DNA of 64,000 bases from an uncultured delta proteobacterium (GTDB lineage: Bacteria > Desulfobacterota > Binatia > Binatales > Binataceae): positions 256,001 through 320,000 of the forward strand of contig CAWCDG010000002.1 in assembly GCA_963794325.1 (NCBI GenBank). The letters are read 5' to 3'. Numbering within the stretch: the first letter of the stretch is position 1; each line of letters opens with the position of its first letter. A model generated the notes under the pieces. That model worked only from the letters and a program-made list of their open reading frames with translations. It made no database searches and was not told where the DNA came from. Shown in pieces: positions 51,059 to 60,073 of this stretch. Both the position numbers and the translations under genes were made by a program.

Positions 51059-52525
51059 TCACTCGCCCGCGCCCGGCGCCGCCGGGCGCGCGGAATCGCG
51101 CGCCGGAGGCTCGTTCGCCGGATGCATCGTGGCGAGGAACGCCACGATCGCGTTGACCTCCGCCGGGCGCAGATTTTTGCCATAGGCCGGCATGTTGCCG
51201 CCGCCTTGAATTATCTGCCGCACGATCTGATCGCGCGTCAGCCGCGTCGCCGTATCGTCGAGCGCAGGACCGCGCATCCCGCCCTCACCGCCGAGCGAAT
51301 GGCAGTTGCGACATTGTTTGCTCTGAACGAGCAGCGCGCCTTGCAGCTCGAGAGGAGTGCGCCCCTTCACGTAGTCGATCGGCGTCGGAGCGCTGCTCCA
51401 CGCGTCCATCACTGGCGACCACGGCGAGAACGTCCCGAGCCAGGTGAGAGTCCCGATCATCGTCACGATCAGAATAACAATCACCACCGAGAAAGGTCGT
51501 CGTCGCCAACTCTTCTCGCCGGTGGGAGAAATGAAGGGGAGGGCGAACAGCAGCCCGATGACGGCGACCGGACCGGTGAGCATCAGAACGGTTTCAGTCC
51601 ACGGCGGCAGCAATGCGAACAGCGAAAATAGCCACAGGAAGAAAAAGTCGGGGCGCGGCACGGTCTGGATGATCGTCGGATCGGGCTGGCCGTTGGGACC
51701 GATCGGGCCGGCGATAGCGGCGACCACCAGCAGGCTCAGGATAATCAGTCCTGCGAAGACCAGATCCTTCTGCGCCGCGTACGGCATGAAAGGCTCGCCG
51801 TCTTTATGTACTAGCTCCTGGTATTGCTGCAAGTAGGTATCACGTCTGACTATTCGTCCGGGCATCGGCCATTCGTTAATGCCTAATCGCAATACTAAGT
51901 AGAGATGTAGTCCGACAAATGCGATTAGCAGGCCGGGAATCACGAACACGTGCAGCGTGAAGAATCGCGATAAGGTTTCGCCGGCGATGATCGGTCCGCC
52001 CAGAATGAGATGCACCACAGCGGCGCCGATGATCGGAGTGCGTCCCGCGATCGACGCGCCGATTCCGAGGCCCCAGTATGCATTCTGATCGAAGCGCAGT
52101 ACCTGGCCGGTGAATGCCATTCCGAGCGTGGACAAGAGCAGCACGCATCCCGCGACCCAGGTGAGTTCGCGCGGAAATTTGTACGCGCCGAACAGGAATA
52201 CCTGGATCATATGCACGAACATCAGGGCGACCATGAAATTCGAGCCCCATCCATGCAGTGCGCGCAAATACCAACCCAGCGGCTGCTGGTAGTTCAGGTA
52301 GATCAAGCTGTCCCACGCGCGATTGGCGGCCGGCGTGTAAACCGTTGCGAGGCAGATGCCGGTGACTACTTGCAGAATGAACACGACCAGCGTCGCGCTG
52401 CCGAAGATGTACCACCAGCTCGCGGAACTGCGCGGCACGGGATGCTCGGCAATCCCGGCGATCGTGCTCCCGATTTGCAGGCGAGCGTCGAGCCATCGCC
52501 AGACTGATTTGAGCACGTCGCTCAT
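51059..52525 (-). CDS. qcrB: Cytochrome b fused to subunit IV and C-terminal cytochrome c
   Basis: RALHGWG, HMIQVF, LSRFFTLHVF, PDFF at the PEWY position; CRNCH...GGGNMP. Confidence 0.9.
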   Translation of the reverse strand: MSDVLKSVWRWLDARLQIGSTIAGIAEHPVPRSSASWWYIFGSATLVVFILQVVTGICLATVYTPAANRAWDSLIYLNYQQPLGWYLRALHGWGSNFMVALMFVHMIQVFLFGAYKFPRELTWVAGCVLLLSTLGMAFTGQVLRFDQNAYWGLGIGASIAGRTPIIGAAVVHLILGGPIIAGETLSRFFTLHVFVIPGLLIAFVGLHLYLVLRLGINEWPMPGRIVRRDTYLQQYQELVHKDGEPFMPYAAQKDLVFAGLIILSLLVVAAIAGPIGPNGQPDPTIIQTVPRPDFFFLWLFSLFALLPPWTETVLMLTGPVAVIGLLFALPFISPTGEKSWRRRPFSVVIVILIVTMIGTLTWLGTFSPWSPVMDAWSSAPTPIDYVKGRTPLELQGALLVQSKQCRNCHSLGGEGGMRGPALDDTATRLTRDQIVRQIIQGGGNMPAYGKNLRPAEVNAIVAFLATMHPANEPPARDSARPAAPGAGE

Positions 52526-53052
52526 GCGTGAGGGTTGCCCAGCGTCGGCAGTTCGCCGGCGTAAATCCAGAGTTTGCCGGCTTCGACTTTGTATTTGTAT
52601 TGATAGAGCGCACGCGGCGGAGGTCCCGATGCGTGCCTGCCGTCAGAATAGAATACGCCGCCGTGGCACGGGCACATGAACAAACCGGACTCAGCGAACC
52701 ATCGCACCGGGCATCCCAGGTGAGTGCAGTTGATCGCGAACACCTGGAATTCATTCCCCTCCATGTGGCGCACCCAACACGGGATCTTCGCCGTTTCGCC
52801 GTCCCACGATTTCTTGAATGGATTAATATATTCGGCCAGTCGCGTCTGATTCTCCGGATAGTCAGTCAGCGAGCCGAGCGCTATCCAGTCGAGCCAAGTG
52901 AAACGCCGAGCAGGAGATAGTACGTAGCCGACAATAGGTATCGCGAATAGTGCAATGGCTATTGCGTTAATGACTATTCCGATTCGAAATAGAAAATTGC
53001 GGCGTGTAGTCTTTTCAGCAGTGGGCGCCATCTCAATCTTTTCAGTATCCAT
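52522..53052 (-). CDS. qcrA: Rieske iron-sulfur protein
   Basis: Tat-like TRRNFL; CTHLGC and CPCHG motifs. Confidence 0.92.
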   Translation of the reverse strand: MDTEKIEMAPTAEKTTRRNFLFRIGIVINAIAIALFAIPIVGYVLSPARRFTWLDWIALGSLTDYPENQTRLAEYINPFKKSWDGETAKIPCWVRHMEGNEFQVFAINCTHLGCPVRWFAESGLFMCPCHGGVFYSDGRHASGPPPRALYQYKYKVEAGKLWIYAGELPTLGNPHA

Positions 53053-53053
53053 T

Positions 53054-53761
53054 TCAATTGCTCTGGGCCAGGGGTGGCGGGAGACGTTTTGATACGAGCC
53101 ACGCGACCACGTCGGAAACCTGTTCGGGCGTCAGCGGCTGTCCGCCGGCTTCGTTCTTCCAATCGGGATGGCCGAGTTCGGGGCGTCCCGCGATCACGAT
53201 CGTGCGCAAGTATTGATCGCTGACCAGCGCAAGGTAGGAAGCATCGACGATAGAACCAGCCTTCCCACCCTTGCCGTCGGGACCGTGGCACGATTGGCAG
53301 TCGGTCGCATAGACCTGAGCGCCGCGATTCGAATCACCGGCCGCGGAACTGGAGTAAGGCGGCGCGCCCGCGGCGGCATCAGGGGCGCCGGTCCAGCTTT
53401 TTCGAATGCCGGCGATCACGAGGTCGATCTGATGATCTGTGAGCGAACCACCGGCGCTTTGAGCGAACGGCGGCATCGCGGTGCTCGGGACGCCGCCTGC
53501 AATGACGCGGCGCATCGCAGCATCGTCGATGAGCGCGAGGTATACGGGATTGTTCATAGCGATTGCGGCGCCGGACTTGCCGTCGGCGCCATGACATCCC
53601 GCGCAATTCTCGCTGTACAGTGTCGCGAAATCAGTTACGCTGGTCGGGCGCAGTGGAAGATCGGCCTGCGTCGGGCGGCCGGACAATCGATCGCATCCGC
53701 CGAGCAGGATTGTCGTCAACGACAAGCTCGCGAAAAGCGATTTTAGCCTGTGCGCGTTCAA
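53054..53761 (-). CDS. Diheme cytochrome c lipoprotein
   Basis: Lipobox LGGC; CAGCH and CQSCH motifs. Confidence 0.88.
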   Translation of the reverse strand: MNAHRLKSLFASLSLTTILLGGCDRLSGRPTQADLPLRPTSVTDFATLYSENCAGCHGADGKSGAAIAMNNPVYLALIDDAAMRRVIAGGVPSTAMPPFAQSAGGSLTDHQIDLVIAGIRKSWTGAPDAAAGAPPYSSSAAGDSNRGAQVYATDCQSCHGPDGKGGKAGSIVDASYLALVSDQYLRTIVIAGRPELGHPDWKNEAGGQPLTPEQVSDVVAWLVSKRLPPPLAQSN

Positions 53762-53768
53762 CTTGGGG

Positions 53769-54599
53769 TTAGTCCTTGCGCTCTTCTGCGAGGCCCGGCG
53801 CCTCGATCCCGGTGCGAACGGCGAACGGGAGATGTTGCAGCGTATGGACGCGTTCCGTCTGGTTGACGACGAATCCGGCGACCGCGCCGAATGCAATTTG
53901 GCACAGGATGAACCATCGCCACTCGATGCGAGAGTCGAGCAGCGGGTTGATCACGTTCAGCGACGACCACAGCAGGCCGGTCCACAAAAGTGGCGCGACG
54001 ATCGCGGCCCAGAATGCCGGGTAGCGCGGGAACATCGGCAGCATCACGCCGTAGAGCAATCCGACCAGGATCGAGGCGGAGGCGTGAATGACCAGCGCGA
54101 CGATGAATGCTTGCGGGATGAAAGATGACAGCGTCGCGGTGTCGGCGTGCGCGAGATTCGCCATCGCAGTCGCGGCGAGAATGTTGATCGTGTACCAGGG
54201 ACTGCCGTGGAAGGCGATTCCCTGAATCACCGCGAGAACCGCCATCGCCAAACCTCCCGCGATACCTCCTTTGATTCCGGCTGAGTAAGGATAAATTTCC
54301 AGCGGAAGGACGGCCCGATTGCCCAACTCGCCGACTTGCAGATAGTCGACGCCAATTTTCGCCGGGACGATGGCTTCCGCGGCAGGCTCGACGCGAACCG
54401 CCTCGCGATGCTCGACCGGCAGCACCTCGCGAAACCATCCTACGGCGCCCGCTATCGTAAGTACGAAGCCGACCAGGCTGACTGCGATGTTGGTAACGAG
54501 GCCCGCGAATGAGAGCGTCAGGCCCAGCGCAAAGATCATCGGCCATGCGGTTGGTGCGGGTGCTTCGATTACCCTGTCGGCGCTTTCTTGAATAGCCAT
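53769..54599 (-). CDS. Multi-TM accessory subunit of the bc-caa3 operon
   Basis: PAPTAWP..G..GWF N-terminus resembling subunit IV; about 7 TM segments; position in operon. Confidence 0.7.
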   Translation of the reverse strand: MAIQESADRVIEAPAPTAWPMIFALGLTLSFAGLVTNIAVSLVGFVLTIAGAVGWFREVLPVEHREAVRVEPAAEAIVPAKIGVDYLQVGELGNRAVLPLEIYPYSAGIKGGIAGGLAMAVLAVIQGIAFHGSPWYTINILAATAMANLAHADTATLSSFIPQAFIVALVIHASASILVGLLYGVMLPMFPRYPAFWAAIVAPLLWTGLLWSSLNVINPLLDSRIEWRWFILCQIAFGAVAGFVVNQTERVHTLQHLPFAVRTGIEAPGLAEERKD

Positions 54600-54608
54600 T
54601 CGGTTAGC

Positions 54609-55211
54609 TCATCGACCGATCACGTACACTGTCAGGAATACTATTACCCACACCGCATCCACGAAGTGCCAATACCAGGAGAGAACTTCGGTGCGCTCGA
54701 TGTGCCGGTCGTTCATGTATCCGCACATAGTCAGAATCATCACGAGCAGGATGAGTAGTAGTCCAACCGTGACGTGAAGCGCGTGTAATCCAACCAGTGA
54801 GTAATAGGTAGTGCCGAAAAGATTAGTTCGAATGGTTAATCCTTCGTGATAGATGAGCCGGTACCATTCGAAGGCCGTACCGGTCATGAATTCGGCGCCT
54901 AGCGCGAAGGTGACGAACCACCAGATTGCGAAACTGCGAATCGATCCTGCGCGCAATGCCCGTACTGCGATAACGATCGTGATGCTGCTCGAAAGCAGAC
55001 AGATCGTATTTACGATCGGAAGTGAGAGAACGTCCTTCGGATATGGGCCCGTCAGGCTCTTGCCGAGATAGAAAATGTAGGCGACTACGAAAATCGAGAA
55101 GAACACCGATTCAGTGAGTATCAGCGCGAGGATGCCGGCGCGCCCGCGTTGCTGCAGAGTGCCGCTCCATCGCGCGGTGGATACTGGGATTGTTGTCGAT
55201 GCTGCTGCCAC
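54609..55211 (-). CDS. ctaE: Cytochrome c oxidase subunit III
   Basis: NTICLLSSS, GLHALHV and YWHFVDAVW motifs. Confidence 0.93.
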   Translation of the reverse strand: MAAASTTIPVSTARWSGTLQQRGRAGILALILTESVFFSIFVVAYIFYLGKSLTGPYPKDVLSLPIVNTICLLSSSITIVIAVRALRAGSIRSFAIWWFVTFALGAEFMTGTAFEWYRLIYHEGLTIRTNLFGTTYYSLVGLHALHVTVGLLLILLVMILTMCGYMNDRHIERTEVLSWYWHFVDAVWVIVFLTVYVIGR

Positions 55212-55227
55212 TAGGATGCGCTCCGGT

Positions 55228-56913
55228 TCATTCGTACTTCCAATCTGGATCTTCGGGATGCTTCAAGTCCCACAGCGGGCGGCGGCTTCGCACCTTCGGT
55301 GGTTCGGCGAAATTGTATTCCGGCGGCGGAGAAGTCGTGGACCATTCCAGCGTCCACGCATCCCAGGGATCGTTGCCGGCAATCTCGCCCGAGCGGAGCG
55401 AGCGGATGACATTGATCACCAGGATGAGCACCGCGACGCCCTGCACCAGCGCTCCGATCGACTCGATCAGATTCAGCGTTTCGAGTCCGCGTCCGGGTTG
55501 ATAGGTGTAGATGCGACGCGGCATCCCGCGCAGCCCGGCAAAGTGCATAGTATCGAAGGTCAAATGGAAGCCGATCAGGAATAGCCAGAAATGCCATTTG
55601 CCTAATGTCTCACTGAGCATTCGCCCAGTAGCCTTTGGGAACCAGTAATAGATAGCGGCGAAATCCATGAAGACGATCGCGCCGACCAGTACATAGTGGA
55701 AATGAGCGACCACGAAGTAAGTATCAGTGACTTGCCAGTCGAACGGCACGACGGCGAGCATGATGCCGGTCAGACCCGCGACGAGAAACTGAAAGAGAAA
55801 TCCCAGGCTGAACAGCATCGGTACCTTGAAGCGAAGTTTCCCGCCCCAGATTGTGCCGAGCCAGTTGAAGATCTTGATGCCGGTCGGTATCCCAACCAGC
55901 ATCGTGGACAAGGCGAAAAATGAATTTCCGGGGGGCGTCATGCCGACCGAGAACATATGATGCGCCCACACGCTCAGGCTGATGAACCCGATCGCGGCTG
56001 AAGCCGCGACCATCACGCTGTAACCGAAAATCACCTTGCGCGAGAAGACCGGGATGATCTCCGAGGCGAAAGCGAAGGCGGGAATTACCAGGATATAAAC
56101 TTCGGGATGTCCGAAGATCCAGAAGAAGTGCTGCCACAAAATGGCAGAGCCGCCCGCCTGAGTGTCGAAGAAGTGCGCGCCGAGAAAGCGGTCCAGTAGT
56201 AACATCGCCTGCGCGGCCGAGAGCGGCGGCAATGCGACCAGCATCATGAATGCGACGACCACCGCCAGCCACACCAGCACCGGCATCTTGCTGAGCGTCA
56301 TCCCTTCGCATCGCATGCAAAAGGCGCTGGTGATTATGTTGATGGCGGTCGCAGTCGTGCCGACACTAGTCAGAAATATACTCAGTATCCAATAGTCAGT
56401 GCTGTTGCCCCGCGAGAACGGCAGCTCGGTGAGCGGTGCGTACGCGAACCATCCGACGTCAGGCGCGCTGCCCGCCCCGTAGAGACCGTCGCCGCCGAGG
56501 TAGCTGAAATAGAGCAGCAGCGCGCCGAAGAACCATAGCCAGAAGCCGAAGGCGTTCAGTCGCGGGAAAGCGAGGTCGCGCGCGCCAATCATCAGCGGCA
56601 CCAGGTAGTTGAAGAAGCCGGTCAGAATCGGCATCCCGACCAGGAAGACCATCGCGGTGCCATGCATGGTGAGCAGTCGATTGAATACCTGCGGCGGCAC
56701 GATGCCGGCGTCGGGGATCGCGAGCTGAAGGCGAATCGTGGCGGCTTGCAGGCCGGCGACCAGGAAGAAGAACAGGCCGCCCGCGATGTACATCAGGCCC
56801 AGGCGCTTGTGATCGACGGTGACGACCCATTCGTGGAGCTTGCCGAGAATCGGCAACGACTGCGCGTCGTCAAGGGCGCCGATTGCGATTCCAGTGTCGA
56901 TGCTTCCCGCCAT
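55228..56913 (-). CDS. ctaD: Cytochrome c oxidase subunit I (A1 type)
   Basis: DHKRLG, TMHG, GHPEVY, WAHHM and VAHFHYV motifs. Confidence 0.96.
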   Translation of the reverse strand: MAGSIDTGIAIGALDDAQSLPILGKLHEWVVTVDHKRLGLMYIAGGLFFFLVAGLQAATIRLQLAIPDAGIVPPQVFNRLLTMHGTAMVFLVGMPILTGFFNYLVPLMIGARDLAFPRLNAFGFWLWFFGALLLYFSYLGGDGLYGAGSAPDVGWFAYAPLTELPFSRGNSTDYWILSIFLTSVGTTATAINIITSAFCMRCEGMTLSKMPVLVWLAVVVAFMMLVALPPLSAAQAMLLLDRFLGAHFFDTQAGGSAILWQHFFWIFGHPEVYILVIPAFAFASEIIPVFSRKVIFGYSVMVAASAAIGFISLSVWAHHMFSVGMTPPGNSFFALSTMLVGIPTGIKIFNWLGTIWGGKLRFKVPMLFSLGFLFQFLVAGLTGIMLAVVPFDWQVTDTYFVVAHFHYVLVGAIVFMDFAAIYYWFPKATGRMLSETLGKWHFWLFLIGFHLTFDTMHFAGLRGMPRRIYTYQPGRGLETLNLIESIGALVQGVAVLILVINVIRSLRSGEIAGNDPWDAWTLEWSTTSPPPEYNFAEPPKVRSRRPLWDLKHPEDPDWKYE

Positions 56914-56929
56914 GCCCAGGCCTCCCCAA

Positions 56930-58040
56930 TCAGCGCAGGGTCGCGAGGTACGCGACGAGATCGTCAAGGTCCTTGTCGCCGAGGTTCATCGCCGGCATCA
57001 GCGCGCCCGGTTTCATGACGCTGGGATCGCTCACCCAGACTTTAAGGTGATCGCGAGTGTTCATCGCGACGCCCGCGCCGATCGTTTCGCGGGTCATCAG
57101 ATGAGTGAGGTCGGGGCCGAAGCGTCCGTCCGCCGCGGTGCCGCGAATCGTATGACAGTTCACGCAGGCCGTGGCCTCGAAGACCTGGCGGCCGTGGACG
57201 ACCGACGGGTCCATCGCCGGCGGCTGCTTCTGCGCAGAGACCCACCGGTCGAAGTCGGCGCGCGGCTCGACGATCACCCGCAGCAGCATCATCGCGTGCT
57301 CGGTGCCGCAATACTCGGCGCATTGTCCGAGGTAGGTTCCCGCGACATGCGGATCGATCCACATCGAGTTCTTCTTGTTGGGGATTAGGTCAGTCTTGCC
57401 GGCGAGGCGAGGCACCCAGAAACTGTGCGCCACGTCGGCGGACTCGAGGTCGAGAAAGGTCGGCGTGGGCTGATTGGGGTCGCTGAGCGGAACGTGAAGC
57501 TCGTTGGCGGTGACGACGCCGAGGGCCGGGATAGCGGAACTCCCACCACCACTGATGCGCGATGACGTGGACGCTGAGCGCATCGGGCGGGCGCGCCGCC
57601 GCCTGCACGGTATATATGGTGCGGGCAGTGACCAGGATGAGCACCAATACAATGAGAACGGGGACCGTCGTCCAGGCGAACTCGATCGGGTTGCTGCCGT
57701 ACACCTGCGGCGGTTCGCGGCCGTCGTCAGTGGGGCGGACGCGGAAACGCACGATGCTGTAGGCGAGCAGGCCGGCGACAATCAGGAAAATCGCGGCCGT
57801 GATCGAGATGACGAAGAATGCGACGGTGTTGATTTCGTGAGCCGGGGTCGAGACGGCATCGAATACGCTGCTCGGAGGAATCTTCGAGTTCGAATCGCCC
57901 ATCCCCCAGTCGTTGGCGAGCGCGGCGGCGGGGGCGCAGCCGATGACGGCAATCGTGAAGCACCAGCGCTGCATAAGTGCGTACAAGATTTTCGCAGCCC
58001 CAACACCGCGCGGCCCCCGAGGCGGCCGCGCAATTGGCAA
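56930..58040 (-). CDS. ctaC: Cytochrome c oxidase subunit II with fused cytochrome c; frameshift near 57525
   Basis: N-terminal half (EFAWT, HQWWWEFRY) in one frame; C-terminal half (DVAHSFW, CAEYCGTEHAMM, CVNCH) in another. Confidence 0.9.
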
Positions 58041-58114
58041 TCTCGATCAGCCCAGATTCGTAGCACAAAACATTTTTTATGACTAAACGCCGCGCCAATG
58101 GCGTAGAAGCCGGA

Positions 58115-59052
58115 CTAGTTTGAGTTGGCGGCGACGATGCCGGTGTTGGCGTGGGGGAGGATCATTACTTCGGACATTTTGGTTTCGGGGTCGAGCCTTA
58201 TGAAGTAGGCGGGGAAGCCGGTTTCGGCTACCGCGACGTTGGTGCGCGCGTCGCAGCCGCATCGCGCGGCCATCCCGTCGTTGATCGCGGCGAGCTTGTC
58301 GAGGCTGAGCGCGGCGATCGGGAGGTTGGCGTCGCTGATAGCAATGCTGAGCGTCGAGTCGGTCAGATGGACGCTCGACGCCAGCGGCGTGCCGGAGACG
58401 GTTGAAGTCTCGACGACCCATTGCGTGAACTCGACTCTTGTTCATCTTGGCGACATTCGGATGATTTTTGCGTGCCTCGGAAATCGCGCTGCCGAGCGAA
58501 CGCTTATTGGCGGCGGAATCGGCGAAGACCTGGTCGTCGGCCAGCGTCCAGATTTCCTTTGACCATCGCGCGAGCATCGGCGGGATCGCCTCCCGGCAAT
58601 CGCTGATAGTCGGTCGCGGCGCGCTCGGCGTCGGCGAGGTCATGCACCTTCAGGGCGGCGTCGACCTCGAGCGCATCCTTGTTGCGCTGGGCCTCGTCGA
58701 TCTGCGCGATAATCGAGTTGCTCTGGCTGCCGGGCTCTTTCGACGCCTCGAGGCATACGCCGCGCTGCTCGGCCAGCGAGTAGGTCGGGCGTCCTATTTT
58801 GAAATCACACAGACAGAGGTCGTCCTTCACTTCGCGGCGCTGACTGTCGCTTAGATCGGAGCGCGCTGACAGAGCGACCAGTTCCTGCCGCGCTGCCGGA
58901 TAATTGGCGGACGCAATCTGGCTACGCGCGGTGCTGAGCGCCGACGGGGCGCATGCGGAGAGCGCGGCGGCGAGGGCGATGGCGGCAATCGCTTGGCCCG
59001 CAATCCGGACGAAAGAGAGGGGCGGAACAGATGTGCGATTTTGGCTCGGCAT
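58115..59052 (-). CDS. Lipoprotein of unknown function, two apparent frameshifts
   Basis: Lipobox LSAC; plausible reading continues across shifts near 58580 and 58430 to ...ARCGCDARTNVAV...MILP and TAG at 58115. Confidence 0.6.
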
Positions 59053-59224
59053 AGCTCAATTATGGCAAAGGCGGGAGCCGAATGCCTAACCGCAAAGATG
59101 AGAAAGCGGCGGCCGCTTCAGCGAGTGAGTCACTCGATGTACCGGGACGCGACACGGGCAGTCGCAGATTGGCCCGCACGATTTGCGGAGGGCGGGCTAC
59201 GTCGTCGTTGGGTCGCGTCGTTAG

Positions 59225-59241
59225 CTGGCACGAGTGCTGCA
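59225..59241 (+). promoter_or_regulatory. Sigma54 -24/-12 promoter upstream of flp
   Basis: CTGGCACGAGTGCTGCA = GG-N10-GC. Confidence 0.65.
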
Positions 59242-59421
59242 CTTGAACCTCTCAACAGGCACGCAGCTGAAAACCGAACGAAGCGGAGATCGAAGTGGAA
59301 GGACACGGGCTGTCTCAAAGACCAAGTCGATTCGGCAGGCAACAGGAACGGCTGGGATCAACTGTTCGGTTGGCGTGAAAATCGATTGCGCTGACGAAAC
59401 GCGCAAAGGAGGACATCAATA

Positions 59422-59601
59422 ATGAACTACATCAACAAACTCATGGTTCGGGTCCGCGAGAGCAAGACCGGACAGACGATGACTGAGTACGTGCTGATTA
59501 TCGCGGCGATCGCGGTGGCTGGGTACATCGCGTATCAGGGCCTCGAAGGTGGAATCAACACGATCATCTCGAAAGTGACGACAACCCTGACGGGTGCGTA
59601 A
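59422..59601 (+). CDS. flp: Flp major pilin (59 aa, absent from ORF track)
   Basis: GQTMTEYVLIIAAIAV; AAGGAGG RBS. Confidence 0.93.
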   Translation: MNYINKLMVRVRESKTGQTMTEYVLIIAAIAVAGYIAYQGLEGGINTIISKVTTTLTGA

Positions 59602-59664
59602 GCCGTTGGTTTTCGCAACAAGTCGCGAATGCATGAAGCAAACGCGCAAAGGAGGAAATCGACG

Positions 59665-59844
59665 ATGAAGTATTTCGACAAACTCGTCAGTCGATGCCGC
59701 GAAAGCCAATCAGGTCAGACGATGACTGAGTATGTGCTGATTATCGCGGCGATCGCGGTAGCCGGCTACATCGCGTACCAGGGTCTCGAAGGTGGAATCA
59801 ACACGATCATCTCGAACGTGACCTCGACGCTGTCTGGTGCATGA
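59665..59844 (+). CDS. flp: Flp major pilin, second copy
   Basis: GQTMTEYVLIIAAIAV; AAGGAGG RBS. Confidence 0.93.
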   Translation: MKYFDKLVSRCRESQSGQTMTEYVLIIAAIAVAGYIAYQGLEGGINTIISNVTSTLSGA

Positions 59845-59945
59845 GGATAGCCCGCAACCCGCGTGACCGAATCGAGTCGCGCGGCGAGCGGCGGGGGCCA
59901 GATGCCCCGCCGCTTCAACTTGGGGTTCGAAGCGCCAAGGTAGCC

Positions 59946-59982
59946 GAGGAGAGGGCGGGCACGGCGGCCCGCCCCACCGAAA
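59946..59982. repeat. REP-like palindrome, inverted copy of 3551-3587
   Basis: gaggagagggcgggcacggcggcccgccccaccgaaa. Confidence 0.7.
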
Positions 59983-60073
59983 CGGGTGTGAGCGAATCGG
60001 CGGCGCGCTGGGGAGCGCGCGAGAGCCGCAGCGAGTCGCACGAGCCGGGGAGTATCGAGAGAGGGGGGCATAG

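Noticed and set aside
57515-57540. Programmed frameshift in ctaC
   Set aside because: No canonical slippery heptamer; similar indels nearby favour sequencing error.
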